In this document: positions 20,248 to 29,696 of the stretch, in pieces
Position numbering within the stretch: the first letter of the stretch is position 1
Layout: each line of letters begins with the position of its first letter
DNA from: an uncultured delta proteobacterium
GTDB taxonomy: Bacteria; Myxococcota; Kuafuiibacteriia; Kuafuiibacteriales; Kuafuiibacteriaceae
DNA: 64,000 nucleotides
NCBI GenBank assembly: GCA_963803435.1
Contig: CAWDML010000001.1
Location: 352,001-416,000, forward strand
Direction of reading: 5' to 3'
Translations under genes and position numbers: made by a program
Notes under the pieces: generated by a model
What the model saw: only the letters and a program-made list of their open reading frames with translations
Database searches by the model: none
Told to the model about the DNA's origin: nothing

Positions 20248-20682
20248 ATGCGTCGTCTCACTCCCCTCCTCGTCTTCTTCCTCATCGCCGGGCTCCTTCT
20301 CCCGATGGCCCTGGGACGCAGCAAGGTCCAGGACCCCGAGGTCGGGATTGCCGTCCAGGCGGCCCAGTCCTGGCTCGACACCGTCGACTCGGGCGACTAC
20401 GGCGGCTCATGGGATTAGAGCGCGACGTACTTTCAGCACGCCGTCCCGCGCATTCGCTGGACCGAGCAGCTCTCCGCGGTGCGGAAGCCGCTCGGACAGA
20501 TCCTGGCCCGCACGCCCATGGGCGCCAAGCGCGTCCACGAGCTCCCGGGCGCTCCGGACGGAGACTACGTGGTCATCCAGTTCCGGACCTCGTTCTCCAA
20601 CAAGAAGAGCGTGGTCGAGACCGTCACGCCGATGAAGGACGGCGCGCGCGGGTGGCGCGTCAGCGGCTATTACATTCGATAG
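20248..20682 (+). pseudogene. DUF4019 domain protein interrupted by an in-frame TAG (20416-20418), possibly a sequencing error
   Basis: ORFs 20158..20418 and 20479..20682 share a frame: MRRLTPLL...AQSWLDTVDSGDYGGSWD*SATYFQ...RKPLG...LPGAPDGDYVVIQFRTSFSNK...ETVTPM...WRVSGYYIR. Confidence 0.8.
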
Positions 20683-20692
20683 ACGACGCGGG

Positions 20693-23600
20693 TCAGAAGA
20701 TCGTCCCAGAGGCCCCGGTCTGACCGCTGTTGCCCCCGAGACCGCCCGCGCCGCCGCCCAGCGCCGTGATCACGTTCCCCACGGTCGCCGGCGCCGAACC
20801 CCCTGAGCGATAGATCCCGTAGCTCACGCCCCCGCCGCCGCCGCCGCCGCGGCCACCGTTCCCGCCGCGGCCCCCGTCGCCACCGCGACCGCCGGCCCCC
20901 GAGTCGTCCTGACCCGCGCCGCCGCCCAGCCCGAGGCCGAGCGCGCCGCCGCCGCCGCCGAAGCCGCCGTCGCCGCCCCGCCCGCCGAAGCCCGCGGTGA
21001 TCGAGCACTGCTCGATGCGCGGTGAGGAACCGGAGAGGAAGATGCCGAAGGCGCCGCCGCCGCCGGCCCCGCCGCCGCCGCCGGTCCCTGCGCATCCTCC
21101 GCCGCCGCCACCGCCACCCCCACCGCCGCGGTCCGGGGTGCAGCCGACCGGGCTCGAGAAGCAGGTGAACAGGTTCTCGTAGCAGTCGTCGGCCCCGCCG
21201 CCGCCGCCACCACCACCGCCGCCGCCGCCGCCGTGGCCACCGCTGACCCCGGAGCCGCCCGGGCTCGGCTGCCAGAACCCGCCCGTCACCGTGCCGAGCC
21301 CCGAGCCGCCGCTGCCGCCGCCGCCGTTCGCGCCGGCCGCGCCGTTGAACCCGGGCGTTCCGGTCTCGCCGGTGCGGCGGGCACCGTTGCAGGTCGAGCA
21401 GAGGGTGCTGTTGTTGCAGACCTGCGCGCCGAGGCCGCCGTTCCCGCGGGCGCCGCCCCCTCCGTTGCCGTCGGCCCCCGGGGCGCCGGCCGCGTTGTCG
21501 TAGCCCCCCAGACCGCCCCGACCGCCCGCGTTGCCGCAGGACGACGTGCCGCCGCTGCCGCCCCCGCCGTTGTTGCTGCAGCCGTCGCAACCCGTCTGAC
21601 CTGCGCCGGCGCTGCCGCCCGCCGCGCCCGCCGCGCCATTGGCGCCATTCGCGCCGCCGCCTGCGTTGCCCGTGTCGATGTCGAGGTGTGAGAGCACGAG
21701 CTGAGCGTTGGATCCGGCGCTGTAGACGCCGTAGATCGAGCCGGCGGGAGACGTGTTGTTGCCGACGGCGATCACCATGCCATCGATGGTGGTGGCGACC
21801 GTGATGTTGTCGGCGCGCAGCCCGATCATCACCGGCGAGACGGTGTTCTGCTGGATGATCGAGAGGTTTGCGTACGAGCGGCCCCAGGTGACCGGATCGT
21901 AGCCTCCGTAGATGCTGATCCCGTTCCGGGCCGTGACCGTCCCGTTGTAGATGCCGGCGGCCACCAGCACCACGCTGAACCCCTGGGTCTGCGCCGCCGT
22001 CAAGCCGGCGCCGATCGTCCGCACCGGCGAGCCGTACAGACCGCTGTTGCCGTCCGAGCCGGCCGGCGAGACGAAGATGGAGGTCGCGATCGTCCCGTCG
22101 ATCCCGTCGCAGTTGCGATCCACGAACGACGGGTCCGGCAGGTCGACACCCGCCTGTGGCGTGCAGAAGTAGTTGCAGCCGTTGTTCGGGTTGCCGTCGA
22201 TGTCGACCCATCCGGGGGCGCACGCCATGAACGTACAGGTGCCGGAGACGCAGGTCTCCGAGGCGTTCGGCAGGTCGCAGAGCTGGTTGCATCCGCCGCA
22301 GTGGGCCAGGTTCGTGTTGGTGTTGATCTCGCAGCCGTCCACCGGGAGACCGTTGCAGTCGACGAACGGCGGCGTGCAGGAGGCGACCGCACAGCCGCCG
22401 CCGGCGCACATCGGTACGCCGTTCGCGATCGTGCAGGCCCGATTGCAGGCGCCGCAGTGGGCGAGGTTGGTGTTCGTGTTCGTCTCGCAGCCATCGGCCG
22501 GCGAGTTGTTACAGTCGCCGAACGGCGCCGTACAGGAGGCCACGCGGCAGGATCCAGCCGTGCACACGGGAGCTCCGTTCGCGATGGTGCAAGGCGAGTT
22601 GCAGGCGCCGCAGTGCGCGAGGTTGGTGTCCGTGTTGATCTCGCAGCCGTCGGCGTAGCCGTTGTTGCAGTCCCTCCAGGGAGCGACGCAGCTGGCGATC
22701 CCGCAGAGCCCGTTGGCGCACAGCGGCGAGCCGTTCTGCACCGTGCACACGTTCGTGCAGCTCCCACAGGTCGCGACCGAGGTCCTGAGATTCGACTCGC
22801 AGCCGTCGCCGTAGCTGTTGTTGCAGTCGTCGAAGCCCAGGCTGCAGGCGGCGATCCGGCAGCCTCCGTTGTTGCACTCCGCGGTGCCGTTGGCCGCGGC
22901 GCACGCGTTTCCGCAGAAGCCGCAGTGGGCGAGCGAGGTCATGAGGTTCGACTCGCATCCGTCCGCGTAGCCGCCGGTGCAGTCGTCGAAGGGCGCCGTG
23001 CAGCTGTCGATCCGACAGGCGCTGTTCGCGCAGGCCGGTGCACCGTTGGCCACCGTGCAGACCGTCCCGCACGACCCGCAGTTCGAGAGATCGGTGGTCG
23101 TGTCGTAGCCGTCGTCGGCGACGCCGTCGCAATCGTCGTCGAGCGTGTTGCAGGTCTCGGCGATCGCCTGGCTCCCGGGCTGTCCGGGGTTCGTCGAGCA
23201 GGTCGACGCGTTCGGATTGGTGGCGTCGCACTCGATCACGCCCGCGCCGCACTCGCCCACGCCGTCGCAGGCGGCGCCCAGGTTGAAGCCCTCGTCGGCG
23301 GTGCCGTTACAGTCGTCGTCGAGGCCGTTGCAGCGCTCCACCGGGCCCGACCGCACGCAGGCGTACTCGCAGCCGTTCGCCGGATCCATGTCGATGTCCC
23401 ACTGATTGGGCGGACAGCCGACGCCTTCGCCGGTGACCGCCAGTGAGACCGTCTCGAGGTCGCGATCGGTGGTCCGGATCTCGATCGCCCCGCTGTCGAG
23501 GCCGATCGCCGAGGGCAGGTACCGGATGTCGAAGGTGACGCTGGCGATCGACGGCGGAATCACCGCGGGCAGCGCCGGCAGCTGCTCCAGCACGAAGTCC

Positions 23601-25420
23601 GGGCTCGAGCCGGGCGTCGCAGCGATCGACTCGACCACCAACGGTCCCACACCCGTGTTCTGGATCGTCACGGTGATCGGAGACGACATCGACCCGCGGT
23701 AGATCGGACCGAACGCCACGGGCGAGGCGGGGATCGGCGGGAGCGTCGACTTGAACACGAAGACCGTCGGATCGATCGCCTCGCCGGTGATCGGGACCAC
23801 CAGGAGCGGAGACGAGGGATCGCTGGTCGCGATCTCGAGCGTCGCCGACCCCGAGCCGACGTTCATCGGCGCGTACGCGACCGCCAGGTCGACGTGATTG
23901 CCAGCGGCCAGCGGGTTCACGACGGTCGGCGAGACGGAGAAGTCGGGCGAGCTCCCGGCGGTCAGCCCGATGGCCGTGACCGCGAGCGGGGACCCGCCGG
24001 TGTTGGTGAGGCGCACGGTCCGGGTCTCGAACTGTCCGGCGGTGCGGAACACGTGCACCTGGCCGAAGTCGACGCTCAGCGGCGCCACCGAGGCCGCCGG
24101 GGCGATCAGCGCCTCACCCAGGATGGGAATCTCGCGGACGGGCGCGTTGGGATCGGACGACTCGACGTGGAGCGCGGCGGCGAGCGAGCCGGCCTGCGCC
24201 GGATCAGCGTCGATGGACAGCGCGTAGCGCTGCGCCGGCGGGATGGCCACCGGCAGCGTCGACGTGAGCGCCAGGCTCAGCGCGGCGGGCGCGCCCGACA
24301 AGGACAGGTCGCTCACCACCAGCGTCGCGCCGCCCAGGTTCTCCAGCTCGACCGAGGCGCTGCGTGGAAAGCCCACGAACACGGTCCCCAGGTCCACCGG
24401 GTTCGGGACGACGTCGAGGTCGGCGCGCACGCCCTCCCCGAGGAGCTGGATCAGGTACGTGCGCTCATCGCCGTTGGCGTCGTCGGTGGCGATCACCAGG
24501 CTCTCCTCGACGACGCCCACCGCGCCGGCCGTGAACGTGACGGTGATCTGGAGCGTGTCGAGGGGAGCGCCGTTCTCCTGGGTGCAGAGCCCGTCGATGC
24601 AGGTGGTGTCGCTGGGACAAATCCCGCCGGCGCCGCACAGCGCCTCGGCCCGGAAGCGGTTGAGATAGACCGGAGGCGTCGATGAGGTGACCACGTCGAA
24701 GTCCAGGCTCGGGGACGGCTCCGTGCGCACCGAGCTGACCGTCAACAGCGAGTTGCCAGTACCGACGTTCTTCACCCAGACCGTGCGCGAGCGCGTCGCC
24801 CCCACCGGCGTCGCCCCAAAGTCGAGCATCGCGGTCTCGGGACCGCTGGTGGTGGGATCCTCCACCACCGCGACCTCGTTCACGCCCTTGTACGCGGCCG
24901 ACAGCGCGACCCGGACCACCGGCTCCGTCGGATCGTCGCTCACGATCTCGAGACAATCGAAGTCCGCCACGCCGTCGGCGGGCGTGTAGCGGACGCGGAG
25001 CGGGAGCGACTCCCCCGAGGCGAGCGAACGGGGAAGGCCGGCCGACACCACCGCGAACTCACCCGTGAGGTTCTGATCGATCGTGGCGGCGAGGATCTGG
25101 AGGCGACCGTCGCCGCGGTTCGTCACCGTCACGCCCTGCTCGACCGGCACACCGTGAAAGGTGGCACCGAAGTCGAGCGCGGGCGGGTCGACGCTGATCC
25201 GACCGGCCGTCATGCCTGCGTCCCCGGCGTCGGCGCCGCCGATCGGCTCACAGACGCCCTGGACACACTCCATGCCCTCGGGACACGGATCGCTCCCGCA
25301 GAGCAGCACCGCTGCGTCGTGCTTCTCCACCCCAGCGGGCGGGGGCGGCGCCGAGCACGCCGCGGCGAGCGCGACCATCGAGATCCTCGTGACCGCTCGC
25401 GTGACCAGCTCGCGACCCAT
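20693..25420 (-). CDS. Large surface lipoprotein: tandem choice-of-anchor-D/ASH-type Ig domains, Cys-rich repeats, DUF1565-like domain and Gly-rich tail
   Basis: Lipobox 'VALAAAC'; repeated 'DFG...V.N.G...L' and 'SDDP..P'; 'ERCNGLDDDCNG' metal-binding-type repeats; 'DRNCDGIDG...IFVS..GSDGN.G..GSPVRTI'; PE-PGRS-like Gly tail. Confidence 0.8.
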   Translation of the reverse strand: MGRELVTRAVTRISMVALAAACSAPPPPAGVEKHDAAVLLCGSDPCPEGMECVQGVCEPIGGADAGDAGMTAGRISVDPPALDFGATFHGVPVEQGVTVTNRGDGRLQILAATIDQNLTGEFAVVSAGLPRSLASGESLPLRVRYTPADGVADFDCLEIVSDDPTEPVVRVALSAAYKGVNEVAVVEDPTTSGPETAMLDFGATPVGATRSRTVWVKNVGTGNSLLTVSSVRTEPSPSLDFDVVTSSTPPVYLNRFRAEALCGAGGICPSDTTCIDGLCTQENGAPLDTLQITVTFTAGAVGVVEESLVIATDDANGDERTYLIQLLGEGVRADLDVVPNPVDLGTVFVGFPRSASVELENLGGATLVVSDLSLSGAPAALSLALTSTLPVAIPPAQRYALSIDADPAQAGSLAAALHVESSDPNAPVREIPILGEALIAPAASVAPLSVDFGQVHVFRTAGQFETRTVRLTNTGGSPLAVTAIGLTAGSSPDFSVSPTVVNPLAAGNHVDLAVAYAPMNVGSGSATLEIATSDPSSPLLVVPITGEAIDPTVFVFKSTLPPIPASPVAFGPIYRGSMSSPITVTIQNTGVGPLVVESIAATPGSSPDFVLEQLPALPAVIPPSIASVTFDIRYLPSAIGLDSGAIEIRTTDRDLETVSLAVTGEGVGCPPNQWDIDMDPANGCEYACVRSGPVERCNGLDDDCNGTADEGFNLGAACDGVGECGAGVIECDATNPNASTCSTNPGQPGSQAIAETCNTLDDDCDGVADDGYDTTTDLSNCGSCGTVCTVANGAPACANSACRIDSCTAPFDDCTGGYADGCESNLMTSLAHCGFCGNACAAANGTAECNNGGCRIAACSLGFDDCNNSYGDGCESNLRTSVATCGSCTNVCTVQNGSPLCANGLCGIASCVAPWRDCNNGYADGCEINTDTNLAHCGACNSPCTIANGAPVCTAGSCRVASCTAPFGDCNNSPADGCETNTNTNLAHCGACNRACTIANGVPMCAGGGCAVASCTPPFVDCNGLPVDGCEINTNTNLAHCGGCNQLCDLPNASETCVSGTCTFMACAPGWVDIDGNPNNGCNYFCTPQAGVDLPDPSFVDRNCDGIDGTIATSIFVSPAGSDGNSGLYGSPVRTIGAGLTAAQTQGFSVVLVAAGIYNGTVTARNGISIYGGYDPVTWGRSYANLSIIQQNTVSPVMIGLRADNITVATTIDGMVIAVGNNTSPAGSIYGVYSAGSNAQLVLSHLDIDTGNAGGGANGANGAAGAAGGSAGAGQTGCDGCSNNGGGGSGGTSSCGNAGGRGGLGGYDNAAGAPGADGNGGGGARGNGGLGAQVCNNSTLCSTCNGARRTGETGTPGFNGAAGANGGGGSGGSGLGTVTGGFWQPSPGGSGVSGGHGGGGGGGGGGGGGADDCYENLFTCFSSPVGCTPDRGGGGGGGGGGGCAGTGGGGGAGGGGAFGIFLSGSSPRIEQCSITAGFGGRGGDGGFGGGGGALGLGLGGGAGQDDSGAGGRGGDGGRGGNGGRGGGGGGGVSYGIYRSGGSAPATVGNVITALGGGAGGLGGNSGQTGASGTIF
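22200..23095 (-). repeat. Six ~150-bp (50-aa) Cys-rich tandem repeats within the surface lipoprotein
   Basis: Unit T(N/S)LAHCGxCxxxCxxxNGxxxCxxGxCxxxxCxxxFxDCNxxxxDGCE; boundaries approximate. Confidence 0.85.
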
Positions 25421-25499
25421 CGGCCAGGTGTACCTTCGGTCGCACGAGCACCGCAAACGAGGGTCCGCGCACACGCCCCCGGCTCTGATGTAGGTCGAC

Positions 25500-26156
25500 C
25501 TACCCCTTCGGCGGCGCGTCGATCTGCCGCTCCGGGTGGGTCTCGACGAAGGCCTCGAGCCCACCGCAAGCCCGCTCGATCCTGGACAAACGGGGCAGGC
25601 CGGCCGTGTCGATGCCGAAGCGCCGCGCGTGGTAGAGCTGCGGGACGACGCAGACGTCAGCCAGTGTGGGCGCGTCCCCGAACGCAAAGGGGCCCCCCGC
25701 CGCGGGCAACATCCGCTCGACGGCCTCGAGGCCCCGCTCGATCCAGTGTCGGCTCCACGCATCCTCGTCCGCGCCGAGCTCGTGCACGAACAGGCGCACG
25801 CTGGTGTTCGCCAGTGGCTGGATCCCGGAGTTGATCGCCTCGGCGATCTGACGGACGCGCGCGCGACCGACCCGATCCGGCGGCAGCAGGACTGCGGGAG
25901 CGAAGCGCTCGTCGAGGTACTCGGCGATCACGAGCGACTGCGCGATCCGGATCGTCGCTCCATCGTCCTCGATCGTCTCGAGGACCGGGACCTGTTCCAG
26001 CGGATTCCTCGCGCGATGCTCGGGCCCATGCTGGACGCCCTCGAGCAGGTTCACGGGGCGGTACGCGTACGCAAGGCCTTTGAGCCCCAGCGCGATGCGC
26101 GCTCGCCAGGTCGCGCTGCTTCTCCAGAATCCGTAGAGCACGAGCTCCGCCACCAC
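25500..26156 (-). CDS. maiA: Maleylacetoacetate isomerase (GST zeta)
   Basis: 'LYGFWRSSATWRARIALGLKG', 'NPLEQVPVL', 'NSGIQPLAN', 'HPERQIDAP'. Confidence 0.92.
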   Translation of the reverse strand: MVAELVLYGFWRSSATWRARIALGLKGLAYAYRPVNLLEGVQHGPEHRARNPLEQVPVLETIEDDGATIRIAQSLVIAEYLDERFAPAVLLPPDRVGRARVRQIAEAINSGIQPLANTSVRLFVHELGADEDAWSRHWIERGLEAVERMLPAAGGPFAFGDAPTLADVCVVPQLYHARRFGIDTAGLPRLSRIERACGGLEAFVETHPERQIDAPPKG

Positions 26157-26393
26157 ACCTCCGACCCCCGGAGTCTGTCATGATTCGCGGGCGGCCGCGC
26201 GCGAACGATTGATCGTCCCGGAGCTCGGTCCCTCCCAGCGCGTGAGCACCGCCTCAGAGGACGCGGGTCCATCCGCCTGGGGACGCTCGCTGACCCTGCT
26301 GGGGACGACGACCTACTACCGGCGGCTGGGTCTTCCGGTCGTCTCCGAGAACGCCCTTCGCGAGGAGCTCGGGTGGTTGATCCGACAGCGTTA

Positions 26394-27582
26394 CTAGTCA
26401 GCTGGATCACTGATTTCTAGCGCATTTATCCGCGGTGGACCTGCTTTGTGCGTCTGCCGAAATCCATGATCTTGTCGAGGATCTCGTCGGCCGTCTTCGT
26501 CCATACGAAGGGCTTGCCTTCTTCGTTGTGCACTTCGACGTAGTCGACGATCGCCTTGCGAAGTACCGGGACGCTGGTGTGGGAGCCGCGAGTGAGTGCT
26601 TCCTCGGTCAGCAGTGCGAAGAACCGTTCCACCAGGTTTAGCCATGAGGAATAGGTTGGTGTGAAGTGGAGCTGGAAGCGCGGATTGCGTAGCAGCCACC
26701 TCTTAACCTGTGGAGTCTTGTGCGTCGCGAGGTTGTCGAGGATGACGTGAACGTCAAGTTCCGGCTCTACCGCGTTGTCGATCGTCCCGAGGAATGCGAC
26801 GAAGTCCTTCGCTCGGTGTCGTGCCTTGGTCTGCGCGATGACCTTGCCCGTGGCGACGTTGAGGGCGGCGAAGAGGTCGAGCGTTCCGTGGCGGATGTAG
26901 TTGTGGGTCTGTCGCTCGGGCATCCCGAGATCCATCGGAAGGATCGGTTGAGCACGCTCCAGCGCCTGGACCTGCGGCTTCTCGTCGAAGGAGAACACGA
27001 CAGCGTTGTCGGGCGGGCTCATGTACAGACCGACGACGTCGCGAATCTTCGAGATGAACTGCGGATCGTTCGACAACTTGAAACCGCGAACGACGTGGGG
27101 CTTGAGGCCATGCGCCCGCCAGATCCGTCCGACGCTACTGGCGCTCACCCCGGCATTCTTTGCCATCTTCCGCGTGCTCCAATGCGTACGGCCCTTCGGC
27201 GTCGTTTCCAGCGTTTGCACCACGATCTCTTCAACCTGATCATCACTGATCTTTCGCGGAGCGCCGACGCGAGGCTGGTCGTACAGCCCCTCGAGACGGC
27301 ACTCCGCAAACCGCCTTCTCCACAGACGAACGGTGTGGTGAGACACGTGATGGTTCCGCGCCACCGCCGCATCGGTCGCGCCAGTGGAACTGCTCAGCAC
27401 CAGTTTCGCGCGAAGTGCCAGCTGTCGATTCGACCGCACGCGACGAGTCAATCGTTCGAGCTCGCGCTGTTCGTCGTCAGTCAGCGTGATCTCCGTTTTT
27501 CGAGGTCCTTTGTTCGCCCCCACGAACCACGTAGATCACACAAAGGATCTACACGCTAGAGATTTCGGACCCGGCTGACTAG
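26394..27582 (-). mobile_element. IS630-family insertion sequence (~1.19 kb), apparently intact
   Basis: Left end CTAGTCAGCTGGATCACTGATTTCTAGCG versus reverse-complemented right end CTAGTCAGCCGGGTCCGAAATCTCTAGCG; CTAG at both ends; lower GC than flanks. Confidence 0.9.
26426..27523 (-). CDS. IS630 family transposase
   Basis: 'THWSTRKMA', 'FKLSNDPQF..KIRDVVGLYMSPP', 'FDEKPQVQAL', 'ILDNLATHK', 'TPTYSSWLNLVERFF'. Confidence 0.96.
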   Translation of the reverse strand: MGANKGPRKTEITLTDDEQRELERLTRRVRSNRQLALRAKLVLSSSTGATDAAVARNHHVSHHTVRLWRRRFAECRLEGLYDQPRVGAPRKISDDQVEEIVVQTLETTPKGRTHWSTRKMAKNAGVSASSVGRIWRAHGLKPHVVRGFKLSNDPQFISKIRDVVGLYMSPPDNAVVFSFDEKPQVQALERAQPILPMDLGMPERQTHNYIRHGTLDLFAALNVATGKVIAQTKARHRAKDFVAFLGTIDNAVEPELDVHVILDNLATHKTPQVKRWLLRNPRFQLHFTPTYSSWLNLVERFFALLTEEALTRGSHTSVPVLRKAIVDYVEVHNEEGKPFVWTKTADEILDKIMDFGRRTKQVHRG

Positions 27583-27647
27583 GAGCGTGTAGCGCGTAGC
27601 GCTACCGCGAGCCCGGTCCGGGTCCCGGTCCCGGTCCGGGTCCCGAT
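27583..27647 (+). repeat. Left inverted repeat containing a GGTCC(C/G) hexamer array
   Basis: gagcgtgtagcgcgtagcgctaccgcgagcccggtccgggtcccggtcccggtccgggtcccgat. Confidence 0.9.
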
Positions 27648-27671
27648 GGCGATCATGTCGCCCGGCTGCGA

Positions 27672-28013
27672 TCACCGACTTGATAGGCGCGTGAGCATCT
27701 CGACGACGCGTTTGAGCTTGCGGGCCTCCTCGACCCGCGTCGAGATCCGCGAGTTCCGCCTCTGGCAGGTATGGAGTGACGCCGCGCTCTCCGTGCAGGA
27801 GCGGAGAGCGATCCGGTAGAAGCGCGCCTTCTCGGTGGGTTGAACTCTCCGGCGCCCTCGGCGGTGTTGTTCACGATGGAATCGGATGCTCGCCGAAGTT
27901 GGTCGCGGACATGGGCGTGACCGGGTTGAGTTCTTGTGCGATGTCTTCGGCGGCGTCGGCGTATTCGACGGCGAGCGGTAGACCTCGAGCTTCTCGTGAT
28001 CGAAAGTGACCAT
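27672..28013 (-). pseudogene. Four helix bundle protein (23S rRNA-IVP/TIGR02436-like), several frameshifts
   Basis: Reassembled across frames: MVTFDHEKLEVYR/LAVEYADAAEDIAQEL/HAHVRDQLRRAS.SI/NNTAEGAGEF/EKARFYRIALRSCTESAA...KRVVEMLTRL. Confidence 0.85.
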
Positions 28014-28059
28014 GCAAGCTAGCTTGCGGTAGCTCGTCCACTTTGACCAGCAGAAGTTC

Positions 28060-29499
28060 TTGGAGGTCGTTTCGTCTGGAATCGATCGTTGGGCGGATCG
28101 ACTTCGACGCCTGGACTTGATCCCATGGTTTCGTGGCGAAGCAATACCGTTCTTGGACTCCGAGAAGGACCCGCGAGGCGAGCGACCGTACTCGCCTCGA
28201 ATGATGATCGCGCTGCTTCTGTACGCCTACTGCACCGGCATCTATTCGTCGCGGAGGATCGCGCGGGCGACCTACGAAGACATTCCATTCCGGGTGCTGG
28301 CTGGAGAAAGTCATCCCCACTTCACGACGATCAACGAGTTTCGGCTGGTCCACCTGGAGGCACTGAAAGCGCTCTTCCTCGAAGTCCTGAAGCTTTGCCA
28401 GAAAGCAGGTTTGGTGCGGCTCGGACACGTCGCACTCGATGGCTCGAAGGTGCAGGCGAACGCGAGCAAGCACAAGGCGATGACCTACGAGCGGATGGAC
28501 GAGGAGGAGAAGCGGCTGTCTCTCGAGATCGAAGAACTGCTGGAGCGAGCGCGCACGATCGACCAAGAGGAAGACGAGCGGCTGGGCGTTGAAGAGACTG
28601 AAGAGGACATCCCAGCGGAGCTCGCTCGCCGTGAATCCCGCCTTGCCCGCATTCGAGAAGCGAAGGCTGCGCTGCTGGAACAGGATGCCGCCAGGGCTCG
28701 CGCGGAGAAATTGCGCAGGCAAGCCGAAGAGCAGCAGAGCAAAGCGGATGATGCTCTGGTGGATCGGGTGGAGCAGAAGCGAGCGAGAACTCGAGCCGAG
28801 AAGGCAAGAGCGCAGGCTGACCAGCTCGAACATCCCCAGACCCAACTGAACGAAGTGATGAATGGTCACATCATCGCATTTCCTGCAAAATGTGGACGGC
28901 ACACCGAGGCCCAACGCTCAGAGGAACTTCACCGACTCAGACAGCAGGATCATGTTGAAGGAGGGAGCGTACCTCCAGGCCTACAATGCCCAAGTTGTCG
29001 TAGATGAGCACGCTCAGGTGATTGTCGCCGAAGGGGTCAGCAACCAGGCACCTGATCAGCAACACCTCGTCCCGATGCCCGTGATGTGTTCGGCAACTGC
29101 GGCGATGCTCCGCGGAAGATGACGGCAGACAACGGCTATCTGAGCGCGACCAACATCGAATTCTGCGACAACAATCAGATCGATGCCCACATCGCTGTTG
29201 GACGCGAACAGAACCAAGACGCGTCGACTCCGTCCTCATCAGCTTCGGAGCCCACATCTGCCTCGCTCGCTCGCAAGCGAATGCGAGACAAGTTGCAAAC
29301 GCGCGACGGCAAGGCGGTCTACCCCCGCAGGAAGAGTATCGTCGAACCGGCGCTCGGACAGATCAAAGGGGCACGAGGATTCCGCCGGTTCTCGCTCCGC
29401 TCCTTCTTCAAGGTACGAGCCGAGTGGACGCTCGTCTGCCTCACCCACAACCTGCTCAAGCTCTACCGATCGAAGCTCGCGACCGTCGCGAGCGTCTGA
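28060..29499 (+). pseudogene. IS1182 family transposase, frameshifted (~28870, ~29080) and apparently N-terminally truncated
   Basis: DUF772 region 'YSPRMMIALLLYAYCTGIYSSRRI...HPHFTTINEFR'; 'ALDGSKVQANASKHKAM'; 'NFTDSDSRIM...QAYNAQ'; 'ADNGYLS'; 'RRKSIVEP..GQIK..RGFRRFSLR...HNLLKL'. Confidence 0.92.
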
Positions 29500-29519
29500 C
29501 TCAAGGCAGCCATCTTCAG

Positions 29520-29585
29520 ATCGGGACCCGGACCGGGACCGGGACCCGGACCGGGGTCGCGTGAGCGCTTACGCGCTACACGCTC
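29520..29585 (-). repeat. Right inverted repeat of the IS1182-type element
   Basis: Reverse complement gagcgtgtagcgcgtaagcgctcacgcgaccccggtccgggtcccggtcccggtccgggtcccgat, near-identical to the left IR. Confidence 0.9.
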
Positions 29586-29696
29586 CTAGGAGACTTGCTA
29601 GAGAAGCGTGACAAGATGGACGACTTTTTGGCGATCTGAGAACTGTTGCCTGAGCTGCGCGACCCCGATCAGCACGACAGCAGGAGCGTCGCTCCG

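Larger units (their letters stand above)
27579..29589 (+). mobile_element. IS1182-type element (~2.0 kb) with ~65-bp terminal inverted repeats and a passenger four-helix-bundle gene
   Basis: IRs at 27583-27647 and 29520-29585, each flanked by CTAG; encloses a divergent four-helix-bundle gene and an IS1182 transposase. Confidence 0.8.

Noticed and set aside
20416-20418. In-frame TAG as pyrrolysine or stop-codon recoding
   Set aside because: Many genes here end in TAG, no pyl genes are visible, and a C->T change at GATC explains it more simply.
20700-21680. (GCC)n-rich tracts as microsatellite or regulatory repeats
   Set aside because: They encode the poly-Gly tail of the surface lipoprotein.
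22200-23095. Cys repeats as multiheme cytochrome or CRISPR-like array
   Set aside because: The motifs are HCGxC, not CxxCH, and the repeats are in-frame coding units with no spacer structure.
26209-26397. 62-aa ORF ending at the IS630 insertion site
   Set aside because: No recognisable motif or clear start; cannot be supported as a gene from sequence alone.
27672-28013. Diversity-generating retroelement (Avd-like gene) or rRNA intervening sequence
   Set aside because: No reverse transcriptase, TR/VR pair or rRNA is visible in the window.
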